A stretch of 64,000 bases of DNA from Anaerolineae bacterium (GCA_049589355.1 JBAWAP010000280.1:32-64031), one strand, 5' to 3'; positions 1 to 9,051 are shown, counted from the stretch's first letter. Notes: generated by a model from the sequence alone, not told the origin. Made by a program: numbers and translations.

Positions 1-957
1 AGGCGGAGATACAGCGGAGGCTGGGCCGACGTTGCAGCCCATTCGATCCGACACAGGATACTGAAAGGGCATTGCGGCTGCCGACCGGGGCTCAAGAGAG
101 GAAGTTGCAGCCCATTCGATCCGACACAGGATACTGAAAGAGCACATCGGCGAAGGCGTCGTTACATCGCTTCAAGTTGCAGCCCATTCGATCCGACACA
201 GGATACTGAAAGTTATGTGCAAATCTATTTCATCCAAGTCCACCGTGGTTGCAGCCCATTCGATCCGACACAGGATACTGAAAGGCCGAGTGCGAGCCTC
301 CTTAATGCGTGAAATTATTTGTTGCAGCCCATTCGATCCGACACAGGATACTGAAAGCAACAGGGAGGTATTGGGATTCTTGTAGAGTTAGGGCTGTTGC
401 AGCCCATTCGATCCGACACAGGATACTGAAAGTACATCGGCATCTGGTGGTAGCACACCCAGTTTTTCAAGTTGCAGCCCATTCGATCCGACACAGGATA
501 CTGAAAGGCTCATCGCGTGCGACTGAGAGCAGGCGGGAGCGGTGCAAGTTGCAGCCCATTCGATCCGACACAGGATACTGAAAGCCTGGGACAAGGCGGA
601 GATACAGCGGAGGCTGGGCCGACGTTGCAGCCCATTCGATCCGACACAGGATACTGAAAGGACGTCCGGCCGTTCTATCAGTCATCCAGTACGCCGTCGT
701 TGCAGCCCATTCGATCCGACACAGGATACTGAAAGAGCAGCGCGGCCGCCTTCTTGATCGCGTCCGTGATCGGTTGCAGCCCATTCGATCCGACACAGGA
801 TACTGAAAGTCTCCACCTGTTCCTGGTGACGTTGCGTCTCCTCAGGTTGCAGCCCATTCGATCCGACACAGGATACTGAAAGCGGCAACGCTTAGGCGAC
901 CGGACACCCGACTCGCTGACGTTGCAGCCCATTCGATCCGATATAAGAATCCGACTG
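1..957 (+). CRISPR. CRISPR array, distal end: 12 intact 37-bp repeats (first at 31-67, then every ~72-77 bp) plus a degenerate terminal repeat at 921-957; spacers 35-40 bp; array continues beyond the left window edge
   Basis: Direct reading: exact repeat GTTGCAGCCCATTCGATCCGACACAGGATACTGAAAG at 31,104,176,248,321,396,471,548,624,699,773,846. Copy at 921 has a diverged 3' half (..GATCCGATATAAGAATCCGACTG). Spacers are unique except one duplicate. Degenerate repeat at the right end implies the leader and cas genes lie upstream, off-window. Confidence 0.95.
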
Positions 958-1022
958 AGGGATTGAAATTCAATCGGGTGCGGTGATCACTACACAGGTA
1001 GTACAAAAGCCACCTACGTCAA

Positions 1023-1042
1023 CCGCACAGGCGGCTTTTTTG
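1023..1042 (+). terminator. Hairpin (CCGCACAGGCGG) plus T-run immediately after the CRISPR array; candidate rho-independent terminator
   Basis: Sequence ccgcacaggcggcttttttgtg seen directly. Confidence 0.5.
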
Positions 1043-1126
1043 TGTCACCACATCTTGCGCCCAAGACAAGTTCTGGCGCAAGGCGTGGAATCGTGGTATA
1101 CTTGAGGCGCAATTATAGGAGGGGCT

Positions 1127-1382
1127 ATGGTGGGAAAGTTGATCATTGGCGTAGACCTGGGCGGTACTCAGATCCGAGCAGCCCTGGCCGATGGGGAGGG
1201 GAGGATTCTCCTTAGACCCTATCCTAAAATCCCTCTGGGCTTCCATTTTCACGCTTGTTTTTGAGCGCGCGGGGTAATTTTAGGATAGGCTCTTAGTACC
1301 CGCTACCCTCGGCGACGACGTGGGCCTCTTGGGTGCTGTCGCCCTGGTGCTCTTGCGAAATACTACAGCGAATTGGGAATAA
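1127..1382 (+). pseudogene. ROK-family sugar kinase (glucokinase-like) remnant: N-terminal 46 codons (MVGKLIIGVDLGGTQIRAALADGEG..) and a C-terminal tail (..LGDDVGLLGAVALVLLR) in different frames; the middle of the gene is missing
   Basis: Translation from ATG 1127 gives the ROK N-terminal GVDLGGT motif and then a stop. Frame 3 from ~1308 gives a typical ROK C-terminus (LGDDxGLLGAA). A 13-bp inverted repeat (cctatcctaaaat / attttaggatagg) at 1217-1290 sits at the junction. Confidence 0.6.
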
Positions 1383-1472
1383 AACGAATCAAGGGCGAGG
1401 AAATTCGTTTACTTCGACAGGCTCAGTACAGGCCTTTCTCAATTCGATGTAGTTCTATAGGGGGACGCAAAG

Positions 1473-1871
1473 ATGATTGCTCAGTTGGAGATAAACACCA
1501 AGTCGGCTGCAGAGTTGGTGGATATCACGGGAGTAGTGCAGCAAACCGTGAAGGAGAAGGGGATGCAGAGTGGCGTCTGCCACGTCTTCGTGCCGCACAC
1601 TACGGCTGGCCTGACCCTCAATGAAAACTGGGATCCTAGCGTGCGCGGAGATATGTTGATGGAGCTCGATAAGATCGTGCCCTGGCGCGACAACTACCGT
1701 CATGCGGAGGGCAACTCTGCTGCGCACATCAAAGCCAGCCTGATGGGATTTTCCCAAACCCTCCTGGTGGAGGATGGCCGCCTGGTGCTAGGCACCTGGC
1801 AGGGGATCTATCTGGCCGAGTTCGATGGGCCGCGCCGCCGCCGCGTCCTGGCTAAATTGGTGAGTGATTAG
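1473..1871 (+). CDS. yjbQ: YjbQ/UPF0047 family protein (secondary thiamine-phosphate synthase-like)
   Basis: 132-aa ORF; strong family resemblance (..HTTAGLTLNENWDPSVRGDM.., GTWQGIYLAEFDGPR). Confidence 0.8.
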   Translation: MIAQLEINTKSAAELVDITGVVQQTVKEKGMQSGVCHVFVPHTTAGLTLNENWDPSVRGDMLMELDKIVPWRDNYRHAEGNSAAHIKASLMGFSQTLLVEDGRLVLGTWQGIYLAEFDGPRRRRVLAKLVSD

Positions 1872-1872
1872 A

Positions 1873-3726
1873 ATGGACATAACCCAGCGAGTTTTGGATG
1901 GCATTCTACCAAAAGTAGCCAAGCCTGCCCGCTACACCGGCCACGAGTGGAACAGCGTGATCAAGGATTGGGACGAGGTTGATGTCAAGGTGGCCCTGGC
2001 CTATCCGGACATCTACGAAGTGGGCATGTCCAACCTGGGCCTGATGGTCCTCTACGACATCCTGAACAGGGAAGAGGGCGTCCTGGCCGAGCGAGTCTAT
2101 GCACCCTGGATAGACATGGAAGAGGCCATGCGGCGCGCTGGCATCCCCCTCTACAGCCTGGAGTCGCGACGATCCCTGGGCGAATTTGACATAATTGGCT
2201 TCTCGCTGCAGTATGAGCTGAACTACACCAACGTGCTGAACATGCTGGATCTGGCCGGCCTCTCGCCCCTGGCGGCGGAGCGAGGCGACGCGGATCCACT
2301 GATCATTGGAGGGGGTAGTTGTACTTACAACGCCGAGCCTCTGGCCGACTTCTTTGACCTCTTCGCGATCGGGGAGGGGGAAGAAGTACTGTTAGAGTTG
2401 GTACGAGCTTATCGCCGATTGCGGATTGCGGATTGCGGATTGCGGATTGCGAAGGCGGATTTTCTGCGGGAGGCGGCGAAGATAGAGGGCATCTATGTGC
2501 CTAGTCTGTACGATGTTCGCTATCACGACGACGGCACGGTGGCTGCCGTGGAGCCCTTGGTCCCTGAAGCCAAGGTTCGGGTCCGAAAGCGCATCGTGGG
2601 GACTCTGCCCCCTGCGCCAACCAGGCTGGTCGTGCCCTACGTTGGGGTGATACACGACCGTGGCATGATCGAGATCCAGCGGGGCTGTACCCAGGGCTGC
2701 CGCTTCTGCCAGGCGGGCTTCATCTATCGGCCTTTGCGGGAGCGCCCTCTGGAGGAGGTGCTGGAAACGGTGGGTGACATCGTGCAAGAGACGGGCTACG
2801 AGGAGGTGGCCCTGGTTTCCCTGAGCTCCAGCGACCACAGCCAGATCGAGCCCCTGGTGCGACAACTGACCACGCACTATCAGCACCCGCCCTTGGCTGT
2901 TTCCTTGCCCTCCTTGCGCATTGATTCTTTCTCCGTTGAGTTGGCGGAGATGTTCCAGGGGCAGCGCAAGACCGGCCTGACCTTCGCCCCAGAGGCAGGC
3001 AGCCAGCGCCTGCGCGCCGTAATCAACAAGAACGTTACTGAAGAGGACCTGTTGCGCACGGCTGAGGCGGCCTATTCCAGTGGCTGGCGGCGGATCAAGC
3101 TTTACTTCATGGTGGGCCTGCCCACGGAGACTCTGGAGGACGTGGCGGCCATCGTGGATTTGGTGAAGAAGGCGCGGGCTATTGGTCGGCGGCACCAGGG
3201 CAAGAAGGCTCAGGTCAATGTCAGCCTCGGCACCTTTGTGCCCAAGGCTTTCACCCCTTTCCAGTGGCTGCCCCTGGCCGCTGAGGGGAGCCTGGAAGAG
3301 AAACAGGAGCTATTGCGGCGGGGGCTCAGGATGCCCGGCATCAGCTTCAGTTGGCAGGACCCTCGCACCACCTTGCTGGAGGCAGCCCTCTCCCGCGGCG
3401 ACCGGCGGCTGGGCCGGGTCATCCACCGCGCCTGGCAACTAGGGGCCAAATTCGATGCCTGGGACGAGCTTTTCGACGAGGGCCTTTGGTGGCGAGCCTT
3501 CACCGAGGCTGGCCTCGACCCCAACTTCTATGCTCGGAGGGAACGCTCCCTCGACGAGGTGCTCCCCTGGGATCACATTGACGTGGGGGTCAAGAAGGAA
3601 TTCCTGGTCGGAGAGTACCAGCGCAGCCTGTGCGCGGAGGTGAGTCCCGACTGCCGCCAGCATTGCCTCAACTGCGGGATCCTCGATGCCTTCCATTGTT
3701 GCCAGATGAGTAATCAGTTGGGGTAA
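1873..3726 (+). CDS. Radical SAM protein with B12-binding-like N-terminal domain (TIGR03960 family)
   Basis: ORF 1864-3726; ATG at 1873 is the preferred start. Motif CTQGCRFCQAG (CxxxCxxC) and overall TIGR03960-like architecture. Partner TIGR03936 gene at 4824. Confidence 0.8.
   Translation: MDITQRVLDGILPKVAKPARYTGHEWNSVIKDWDEVDVKVALAYPDIYEVGMSNLGLMVLYDILNREEGVLAERVYAPWIDMEEAMRRAGIPLYSLESRRSLGEFDIIGFSLQYELNYTNVLNMLDLAGLSPLAAERGDADPLIIGGGSCTYNAEPLADFFDLFAIGEGEEVLLELVRAYRRLRIADCGLRIAKADFLREAAKIEGIYVPSLYDVRYHDDGTVAAVEPLVPEAKVRVRKRIVGTLPPAPTRLVVPYVGVIHDRGMIEIQRGCTQGCRFCQAGFIYRPLRERPLEEVLETVGDIVQETGYEEVALVSLSSSDHSQIEPLVRQLTTHYQHPPLAVSLPSLRIDSFSVELAEMFQGQRKTGLTFAPEAGSQRLRAVINKNVTEEDLLRTAEAAYSSGWRRIKLYFMVGLPTETLEDVAAIVDLVKKARAIGRRHQGKKAQVNVSLGTFVPKAFTPFQWLPLAAEGSLEEKQELLRRGLRMPGISFSWQDPRTTLLEAALSRGDRRLGRVIHRAWQLGAKFDAWDELFDEGLWWRAFTEAGLDPNFYARRERSLDEVLPWDHIDVGVKKEFLVGEYQRSLCAEVSPDCRQHCLNCGILDAFHCCQMSNQLG
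2417..2451. repeat. Perfect 7-bp tandem repeat (GATTGCG)x5 inside the radical SAM CDS (encodes ..RIADCGLRIAK..)
   Basis: Direct reading; unit length is not a multiple of 3. Confidence 0.9.
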
Positions 3727-3742
3727 CTGCTCAGCCATAAGG

Positions 3743-3832
3743 TGCAACGCACTTGTTCACACGATTTCAATGGCTCGCTTGACCAGATTGCACTTCGAAT
3801 CAGCTTGATTCTGTGGCAAAAGTGCGTTGCAC
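3743..3832. promoter_or_regulatory. 12-bp inverted repeat (GTGCAACGCACT .. AGTGCGTTGCAC) with a nested palindrome GAATCAGCTTGATTC; candidate operator/terminator between the radical SAM and EamA genes
   Basis: Seen directly in the intergenic region 3727-3869. Confidence 0.4.
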
Positions 3833-3869
3833 CTGAGCAGATACCAGTTGGGAATGTAAGAGATCACCT

Positions 3870-4790
3870 ATGCGTAACAGAAAGCTACCTGAGCGCTGGT
3901 TGGGGATCGCTGCCGTGGCCACGGTGATGGTTGTCTTCGGCATCACCTTCGTGGCCATCAAAATAGCCCTGGTGGAAATAGAGCCCCTCACCTTGGCCTT
4001 CGGCCGTTTCCTCATCGCTCTAATCCTCTTTGCTCCTTTCCTGGGGCGGAGGCGAGAAGGGGTGCAGGCCTGGCAACTGGCTGCCATGGGTTTCTTCGGG
4101 GTAACTCTCTTCTTTGCCCTGCAGAACTGGGGATTGGTCTACACTACCGCCGCTGACGCGGCCATCGTTCTGTCGGCCATCCCGGCCCTGACGGCCATCA
4201 TCGGCCGCGTGGCCTTGGGAGAGACCTTAGGGTTTATGCGGGGATCGGGGATTCTCCTCTCCATGGCGGGGGTGGCCGTGGTGGTGACCGGCGGCTTGCC
4301 AGGGGGATCCCACCACGCAGCCGCCGGAGAGTTGGGCTGGAGCAGCACCCTGCTCGGCGATCTGCTGGTGCTGGGAGCTGCCCTCTGCTGGGCGCTGTAC
4401 ACGGTGCTGGGCCGCCGTGTGGTGGCCCGGCTGCCTCATGCTGTAGTCACTGCCCACACCATTGCCTGGGGAACACTGTTCCTGGCACCGTTGGCTTTGT
4501 GGGAGATTTCTTTGCAGGGGGTGTCGTGGCCCTCAGCCAGGGGCTGGGCGGCGCTGCTTTTCCTGGCAGTGGCAGCCTCAGGACTTGCCTTTTTCCTATA
4601 CCTTTTCGCCCTGACCAGGCTGAAAGCTGGAGAGGCATCGGTGTACGTAAATTTGTCGCCGGTGGTAACCCTGGTCGCCGCCCGCTTCGTCCTGGCTGAG
4701 CCAATCGCCTTACTTCAGCTCGTAGGAGCCGCTCTGGTTCTTTCGGGGGTATACTTATCAGAGCGTGGAGCCAGGTCATCAGTCTCCTGA
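3870..4790 (+). CDS. EamA/DMT-superfamily transporter
   Basis: 306 aa, ~10 TM-like hydrophobic segments, duplicated EamA-like halves. Confidence 0.8.
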   Translation: MRNRKLPERWLGIAAVATVMVVFGITFVAIKIALVEIEPLTLAFGRFLIALILFAPFLGRRREGVQAWQLAAMGFFGVTLFFALQNWGLVYTTAADAAIVLSAIPALTAIIGRVALGETLGFMRGSGILLSMAGVAVVVTGGLPGGSHHAAAGELGWSSTLLGDLLVLGAALCWALYTVLGRRVVARLPHAVVTAHTIAWGTLFLAPLALWEISLQGVSWPSARGWAALLFLAVAASGLAFFLYLFALTRLKAGEASVYVNLSPVVTLVAARFVLAEPIALLQLVGAALVLSGVYLSERGARSSVS

Positions 4791-4823
4791 TTCCCCAATC
4801 CCGGAGGTGAGGTAGAGAAAGCA

Positions 4824-5495
4824 ATGGGATCAACGATCCAGCAACGCCTTCGTATCACCTTCGCCAAGGGCGAGGAAATAAAATACATCTCTCACCTGGA
4901 TCTGATACGGCTGTGGGAGAGGGCTTTGCGCCGGGCGCGGGTGCCGCTGGCTTACTCCCGTGGCTTCAACCCCCGGCCCCAAATAGCCTTCGCCGCTCCC
5001 CTGCCGGTGGGCTTCACCAGTCGGGGCGAGGTGATGGACGTCGTCCTGGAGCGCCGCATCTCTCCCTACAACTTCGCCAAGTCCTTGGTGCCCCACCTGC
5101 CGCCGGGCCTGGAGGTGCTGTCCGTGGAGGAGGCTTATCCAAAGTTGCCCTCCCTGCAGTCCCAGGTGCGCTCCGCGGAGTATCGGGTGACGGTGTCCTG
5201 GGATGGGTCACAGGAGGAGATGGAGGGGAAGCTGCAGGAGTTGCTTTCGGCCGAGGGACTGCTGCGCCAGCGCCGGGGTAAAGATTACGATCTGCGTCCG
5301 TTGATCGAGGATCTGTGGGTTGAGGGGGAAGAGGCTGATGGTTGGGTTTTAGGGATGCGCCTTCGGGCCGGGGACGAAGGCGCCGGCCGGCCCGACGAGG
5401 TGTTGGACGCCCTGGGCCTGGCCGAAGAGCCTCATGCTGTGCGAAGGGAGCGGCTCCTATTCGGCCCGGTGGCAAGTCAGGGGGCTAATACATAG
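4824..5495 (+). CDS. Radical SAM-linked protein (TIGR03936 / DUF2344)
   Basis: 223 aa; characteristic N-terminus (RLRITFAKGEEIKYISHLDLIRLWERALRRA..PLAYSRGFNPRP); usual partner of TIGR03960. Confidence 0.75.
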   Translation: MGSTIQQRLRITFAKGEEIKYISHLDLIRLWERALRRARVPLAYSRGFNPRPQIAFAAPLPVGFTSRGEVMDVVLERRISPYNFAKSLVPHLPPGLEVLSVEEAYPKLPSLQSQVRSAEYRVTVSWDGSQEEMEGKLQELLSAEGLLRQRRGKDYDLRPLIEDLWVEGEEADGWVLGMRLRAGDEGAGRPDEVLDALGLAEEPHAVRRERLLFGPVASQGANT

Positions 5496-5520
5496 GGCAA
5501 TCGCAAACTGCGCTAACGTG

Positions 5521-5705
5521 GTCATTGCGAGTCTTCCATGGCGCATCGCGCCATCCGTAGGGGGCAGAAACTGGCGGGCAGACTTCCGAAGTCTCCGAGA
5601 CTTCGGAAGTCTGGTCGCCCCCCGAGTTTCTGAGTAGCCGAAGGCGAAGCAATCTCCAACCTGGTGGGGGATTGCTTCGGCGCAAAAAGCGCGCCTCGCA
5701 ATGAC
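5521..5705. repeat. MITE-like palindromic element with termini GTCATTGCGAG..CTCGCAATGAC and internal GAAGCAATC/GATTGCTTC palindrome; carries an AGACTTCCGAAGTCT palindrome; flanked by outer IR AGGGCAATCGCAAA/TTTGCGATTGCCCT (5494-5752)
   Basis: Seen directly; related copies at 13181-13260, 22612-22843, 31641-31852. Confidence 0.8.
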
Positions 5706-5845
5706 GGAACGTTGGCTGATCTCACCTGCCGAGCGACTTTGCGATTGCCCTACACTTCGCTCATTCGGCCTTGACAAATAAGGGAAAGGCTAGTATAATC
5801 ACATTTGCGAAATTACTGAGATCGTGCAACCGGGAGGCTAGAGCA

Positions 5846-6157
5846 GTGTACGCTGTTGTTGAGGCGGGCGGGAAGCAATACAAAGTTAGCGCGGGCGATA
5901 TCATAGATGTAGAGAAGGTCCTCTGTGAGGTTGGAGAGAGGATAGAGCTGGGCAGGGTGCTCCTGGTGGCCGATGGTGATGAGGTACGTGTGGGGCAGCC
6001 CACCGTCGAAGGGGCCAAGGTATTGGCCACTGTGGTAGGGCACGGGAAGGACAAGAAAGTCATCATCTTCAAGTACATGCCCAAGGAGCGCTATCGTCGC
6101 AAGAAAGGGCATCGGCAGTCCCATACGCAGTTGAAGATCGAGCAGATCATTGTCTAG
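5846..6157 (+). CDS. rplU: 50S ribosomal protein L21
   Basis: VYAVVEAGGKQYKVSAGDIIDVEK..; GTG start at 5846 with GGGAGG RBS. Confidence 0.9.
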   Translation: MYAVVEAGGKQYKVSAGDIIDVEKVLCEVGERIELGRVLLVADGDEVRVGQPTVEGAKVLATVVGHGKDKKVIIFKYMPKERYRRKKGHRQSHTQLKIEQIIV

Positions 6158-6222
6158 CCCAGGAAACCTGACATAAGTAACTCCTGAAAAGTGGCATTTT
6201 TGGTTACAAACCCAGACCCGAT

Positions 6223-6515
6223 GAATAGGGGATTAGACGATTGACGATTACCGATTGTCGAATGCCGATTGGAAACCAGGAATTGGGAATCGGCAATTGA
6301 AAATCGTCAATCGCCAATTGAATAGGGGATTAGACGATTGGTGATTACCGATTGTCGAATGCCGATTGGAGACCGAGAATTGGGAATCGGCAATTGAAAA
6401 TCGTCAATCGCCAATCGAATAGGGGATTAGACGATTGACGATTACCGATTGTCGAATGCCGATTGGAAACCGAGAATTGGGAATCGGCAATCGAAGATCG
6501 GCAATCGAAGATCGG
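6223..6515. repeat. Three tandem ~97-bp repeats (units start 6223, 6320, 6417) filling the rplU-rpmA intergenic region; rich in CGATTG/CAATCG sub-palindromes; 3' end degenerates into GCAATCGAAGATCG x2 and GAAATGG x2 just before the rpmA RBS
   Basis: Direct alignment of the three units (nearly identical). Confidence 0.9.
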
Positions 6516-6541
6516 AAATGGGAAATGGAGGTGTATTATTT

Positions 6542-6802
6542 ATGGCACACAAAAAGGGGGGCGGGAAGACCCACAACAGTCGAGATAGCCAGTCTAAGCG
6601 CCTGGGCGTGAAGAAGTTTGGCGGCCAGAAGGTGCGACCAGGAAACATCATCGTGCGCCAAAGAGGAACCAAATTCAAGCCCGGCAGCAACGTTGGTTTG
6701 GGCAAGGACTATACTATCTTCGCTATCATTGATGGCTTCGTGAAGTTCGAGCACGGACCACGGGGCAAGAAGATGGTTAGCGTGTATCCAGAAACTTCAT
6801 AG
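6542..6802 (+). CDS. rpmA: 50S ribosomal protein L27
   Basis: [31 protein letters not shown].. classic L27; ATG 6542 preferred over the longer ORF. Confidence 0.95.
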   Translation: MAHKKGGGKTHNSRDSQSKRLGVKKFGGQKVRPGNIIVRQRGTKFKPGSNVGLGKDYTIFAIIDGFVKFEHGPRGKKMVSVYPETS

Positions 6803-6814
6803 AGAGGACAACTG

Positions 6815-7246
6815 ATGAAAAAGGATATTCACCCTGAGTACTATCCTGATGCTAAGGTGATATGCAGTTGTGGCAACACTTTTACTGTCGGCTCAACTAA
6901 GAAGATGATCCGCACGGACGTCTGTTCAGCCTGTCATCCCTTCTTCACTGGCGAGCAGCGCCTGGTGGACGCAGGCGGTCAGGTGGAGCGGTTCATCAGG
7001 CGTTTGGAGAAAGGGCAGGAGATCAGGGCCGAGGAGCAGCCTCGCTCGGAGGCTGAGGGGGAAGAGGCGGAGGCTAAGGAGGTCGAACCGAAAGCAGCCA
7101 GGAAAAAAGTCAAGAAACCAGCAGCAGAGAAGAAGGCGGCTGGTAAAGCCTCCGGGGAGAAATCGGCGAAGAAGGCCTCCAAGGAATCATCGGCCGAAAA
7201 ACCCAAGAAGGCCTCCCAAAAGGCATCTCCTGAGTCAGCCGAGTGA
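6815..7246 (+). CDS. rpmE: 50S ribosomal protein L31 (type A, CxxC..CxxC) with ~70-aa Lys/Ala/Glu-rich C-terminal extension
   Basis: [33 protein letters not shown] then low-complexity tail (..[21 protein letters not shown]..). Confidence 0.9.
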   Translation: MKKDIHPEYYPDAKVICSCGNTFTVGSTKKMIRTDVCSACHPFFTGEQRLVDAGGQVERFIRRLEKGQEIRAEEQPRSEAEGEEAEAKEVEPKAARKKVKKPAAEKKAAGKASGEKSAKKASKESSAEKPKKASQKASPESAE

Positions 7247-7364
7247 ACGATCACTTCGACTGGGCTCAGTACAAGGCTTTTTGCTCTGATGGCTCTTGCA
7301 AATTAGTTGATGGTCGGGGGCAGGTCTCTGTATCTGCCCTTCGGTTTTTTGGAGGAGGTAGACT

Positions 7365-7973
7365 ATGTACCAGAGGCAAGGCGGTCCTTCGACAGGCTCA
7401 GGACGCGGTGGCTGGATCGAAGTGATCTGTGGTGGCATGTTCAGCGGCAAGACGGAGGAGTTGATTCGTCGTGTCAGGCGGGCCCAGATAGCCGGGCAGA
7501 AGGTGCAAGTTTTTAAGCCTCGCCTGGACGATCGCTATCTGGTCGAGAAGGTGGCTTCTCACGGTGGCATGCATCTGGATGCTGTCGTCGTGGGGGAGGC
7601 CAGGGATATCCCTCAGTTAGTGGACTCTGACACCACCGTGGTCGCCATAGACGAGGGGCAGTTCTTCGATTGGACTATCGCCGACGTTTGCAGCTTCCTG
7701 GCCGACAATGGTCGGCGAGTGATCATCGCTGGGCTGGATATGGACTTTCGCGGCGAGCCCTTTGGCCCTATGCCTCTGCTGATGGCCCAGGCCGAGATGG
7801 TGGACAAATTACAGGCCATCTGCGTCGTCTGCGGGATGCCGGCCAGCCGCAGCCAACGTCTGATCAACGGCCAGCCCGCTTCCTACGACGACCCCGTGAT
7901 AAGGGTAGGTGCTAGCGAAGTCTACGAAGCTCGCTGCCGCCATTGCCACCAAGTGCCGAAAAAAGATCAATGA
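7365..7973 (+). CDS. tdk: Thymidine kinase
   Basis: ..[19 protein letters not shown].. P-loop, C-terminal Zn-ribbon CxxC; strong RBS GGAGGAGG before ATG 7365. Confidence 0.9.
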   Translation: MYQRQGGPSTGSGRGGWIEVICGGMFSGKTEELIRRVRRAQIAGQKVQVFKPRLDDRYLVEKVASHGGMHLDAVVVGEARDIPQLVDSDTTVVAIDEGQFFDWTIADVCSFLADNGRRVIIAGLDMDFRGEPFGPMPLLMAQAEMVDKLQAICVVCGMPASRSQRLINGQPASYDDPVIRVGASEVYEARCRHCHQVPKKDQ

Positions 7974-8005
7974 CCAAATCCCAATGACCAATTGGGTGTT
8001 GTTCA

Positions 8006-8563
8006 TTGGAGGTTGGGATGTTAAACGATGACGTGGGTGAGATCCTCATCACTGAGGAGGAACTGCAGGCCAAGATTGCCGAGTTGGGTAAAGCCATCTC
8101 GGCTGACTATCAAGGCAAGGACCTTCTTGCGCTCTGCATCCTCAGGGGGGGGGTCGTTTTTTTGTCGGATCTTATCAGGCAGCTCACCGTCCCTCATGAG
8201 ATTGATTTTATGGCCGTCTCCAGCTACGGGGGCACCAGCACTGAGTCCAGTGGTGTCGTTCGCATTCTCATGGACCTCAGAACGAACATCGAAAGGCGCG
8301 ATGTGCTCATCGTGGAGGACATCGTAGACACCGGTTTGACTCTGAACTACATCATTGACAACCTCAAGACACGCCGGCCCGCCAGCCTGCGGGCCTGTGT
8401 CCTGTTGAATAAACACGAGCGCCGCAAGGTGCCCGTTCCCCTGGACTACGTAGGCTTCGATATCCCCGACAAGTTCGTAGTTGGCTACGGCCTGGACTAC
8501 GACGAGAAATACCGCAATCTCCCCTTCATCGGCGTGCTGAAGCCGGAGCTTTACAGCGAGTAA
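8006..8563 (+). CDS. hpt: Hypoxanthine-guanine phosphoribosyltransferase
   Basis: ..VLIVEDIVDTGLTL.. PRPP-binding motif; full-length HPRT similarity. Confidence 0.9.
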   Translation: MEVGMLNDDVGEILITEEELQAKIAELGKAISADYQGKDLLALCILRGGVVFLSDLIRQLTVPHEIDFMAVSSYGGTSTESSGVVRILMDLRTNIERRDVLIVEDIVDTGLTLNYIIDNLKTRRPASLRACVLLNKHERRKVPVPLDYVGFDIPDKFVVGYGLDYDEKYRNLPFIGVLKPELYSE

Positions 8564-8763
8564 AAAGTCAACGAGTGATGAGGCATTGCGGTAAAAGTGA
8601 CACGTCGTCGGTTGGTGGTCTAGGATATGTCATTCTGAGCGACCGAAGGGAGCGAAGAATCTCGTTTTGGGAGAACGAGAGTCCTTCGGTGGGCTCAAGG
8701 CAGGCTCTTCGTTTTTCTCATGGCTAGTCCCGAGCCTGACTAAGGAGTGGTAGGGGGAGAGCC

Positions 8764-9051
8764 ATGAAACAGTACTACGTCTACATTATGACCAATCACT
8801 CAGGGACACTCTATGTTGGCGTGACAAATGACCTCCGACGCCACGCCTGGGAGCACAAGCAGAAGTTGATTGAGGGATTCACCAAACGTTGCAACATCAC
8901 GAGGCTAGTCTACTACGAAGAAACTTCTGACGCAGCCGCTGCTATTGCTCGAGAGAAACAAATCAAGGGTTGGCTTCGCAAGAAGAAGATTGCGTTGATT
9001 GAGTCGCTTAACCCTGGTTGGAAAGACCTCAGTGAGGGTTGGTACGGCTAA
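8764..9051 (+). CDS. GIY-YIG nuclease superfamily protein (YhbQ-like)
   Basis: MKQYYVYIMTNHSGTLYVGVTNDLRRHAWEHK.. canonical GIY-YIG. Confidence 0.85.
   Translation: MKQYYVYIMTNHSGTLYVGVTNDLRRHAWEHKQKLIEGFTKRCNITRLVYYEETSDAAAAIAREKQIKGWLRKKKIALIESLNPGWKDLSEGWYG

Noticed and set aside
172-932. Multiple 60-110-aa ORFs on both strands (172..360, 309..581, 388..594, 467..796, 542..757, 678..932)
   Set aside because: They are translations of the CRISPR repeat (recurring SILCRIEWAAT / AAHSIRHRILK peptides), not genes
1985-3747. Antisense/alternate-frame ORFs inside the radical SAM gene (1985..2299, 2392..3195, 3210..3524 etc.)
   Set aside because: High-GC antisense ORFs overlapping a well-supported CDS; no RBS or family resemblance
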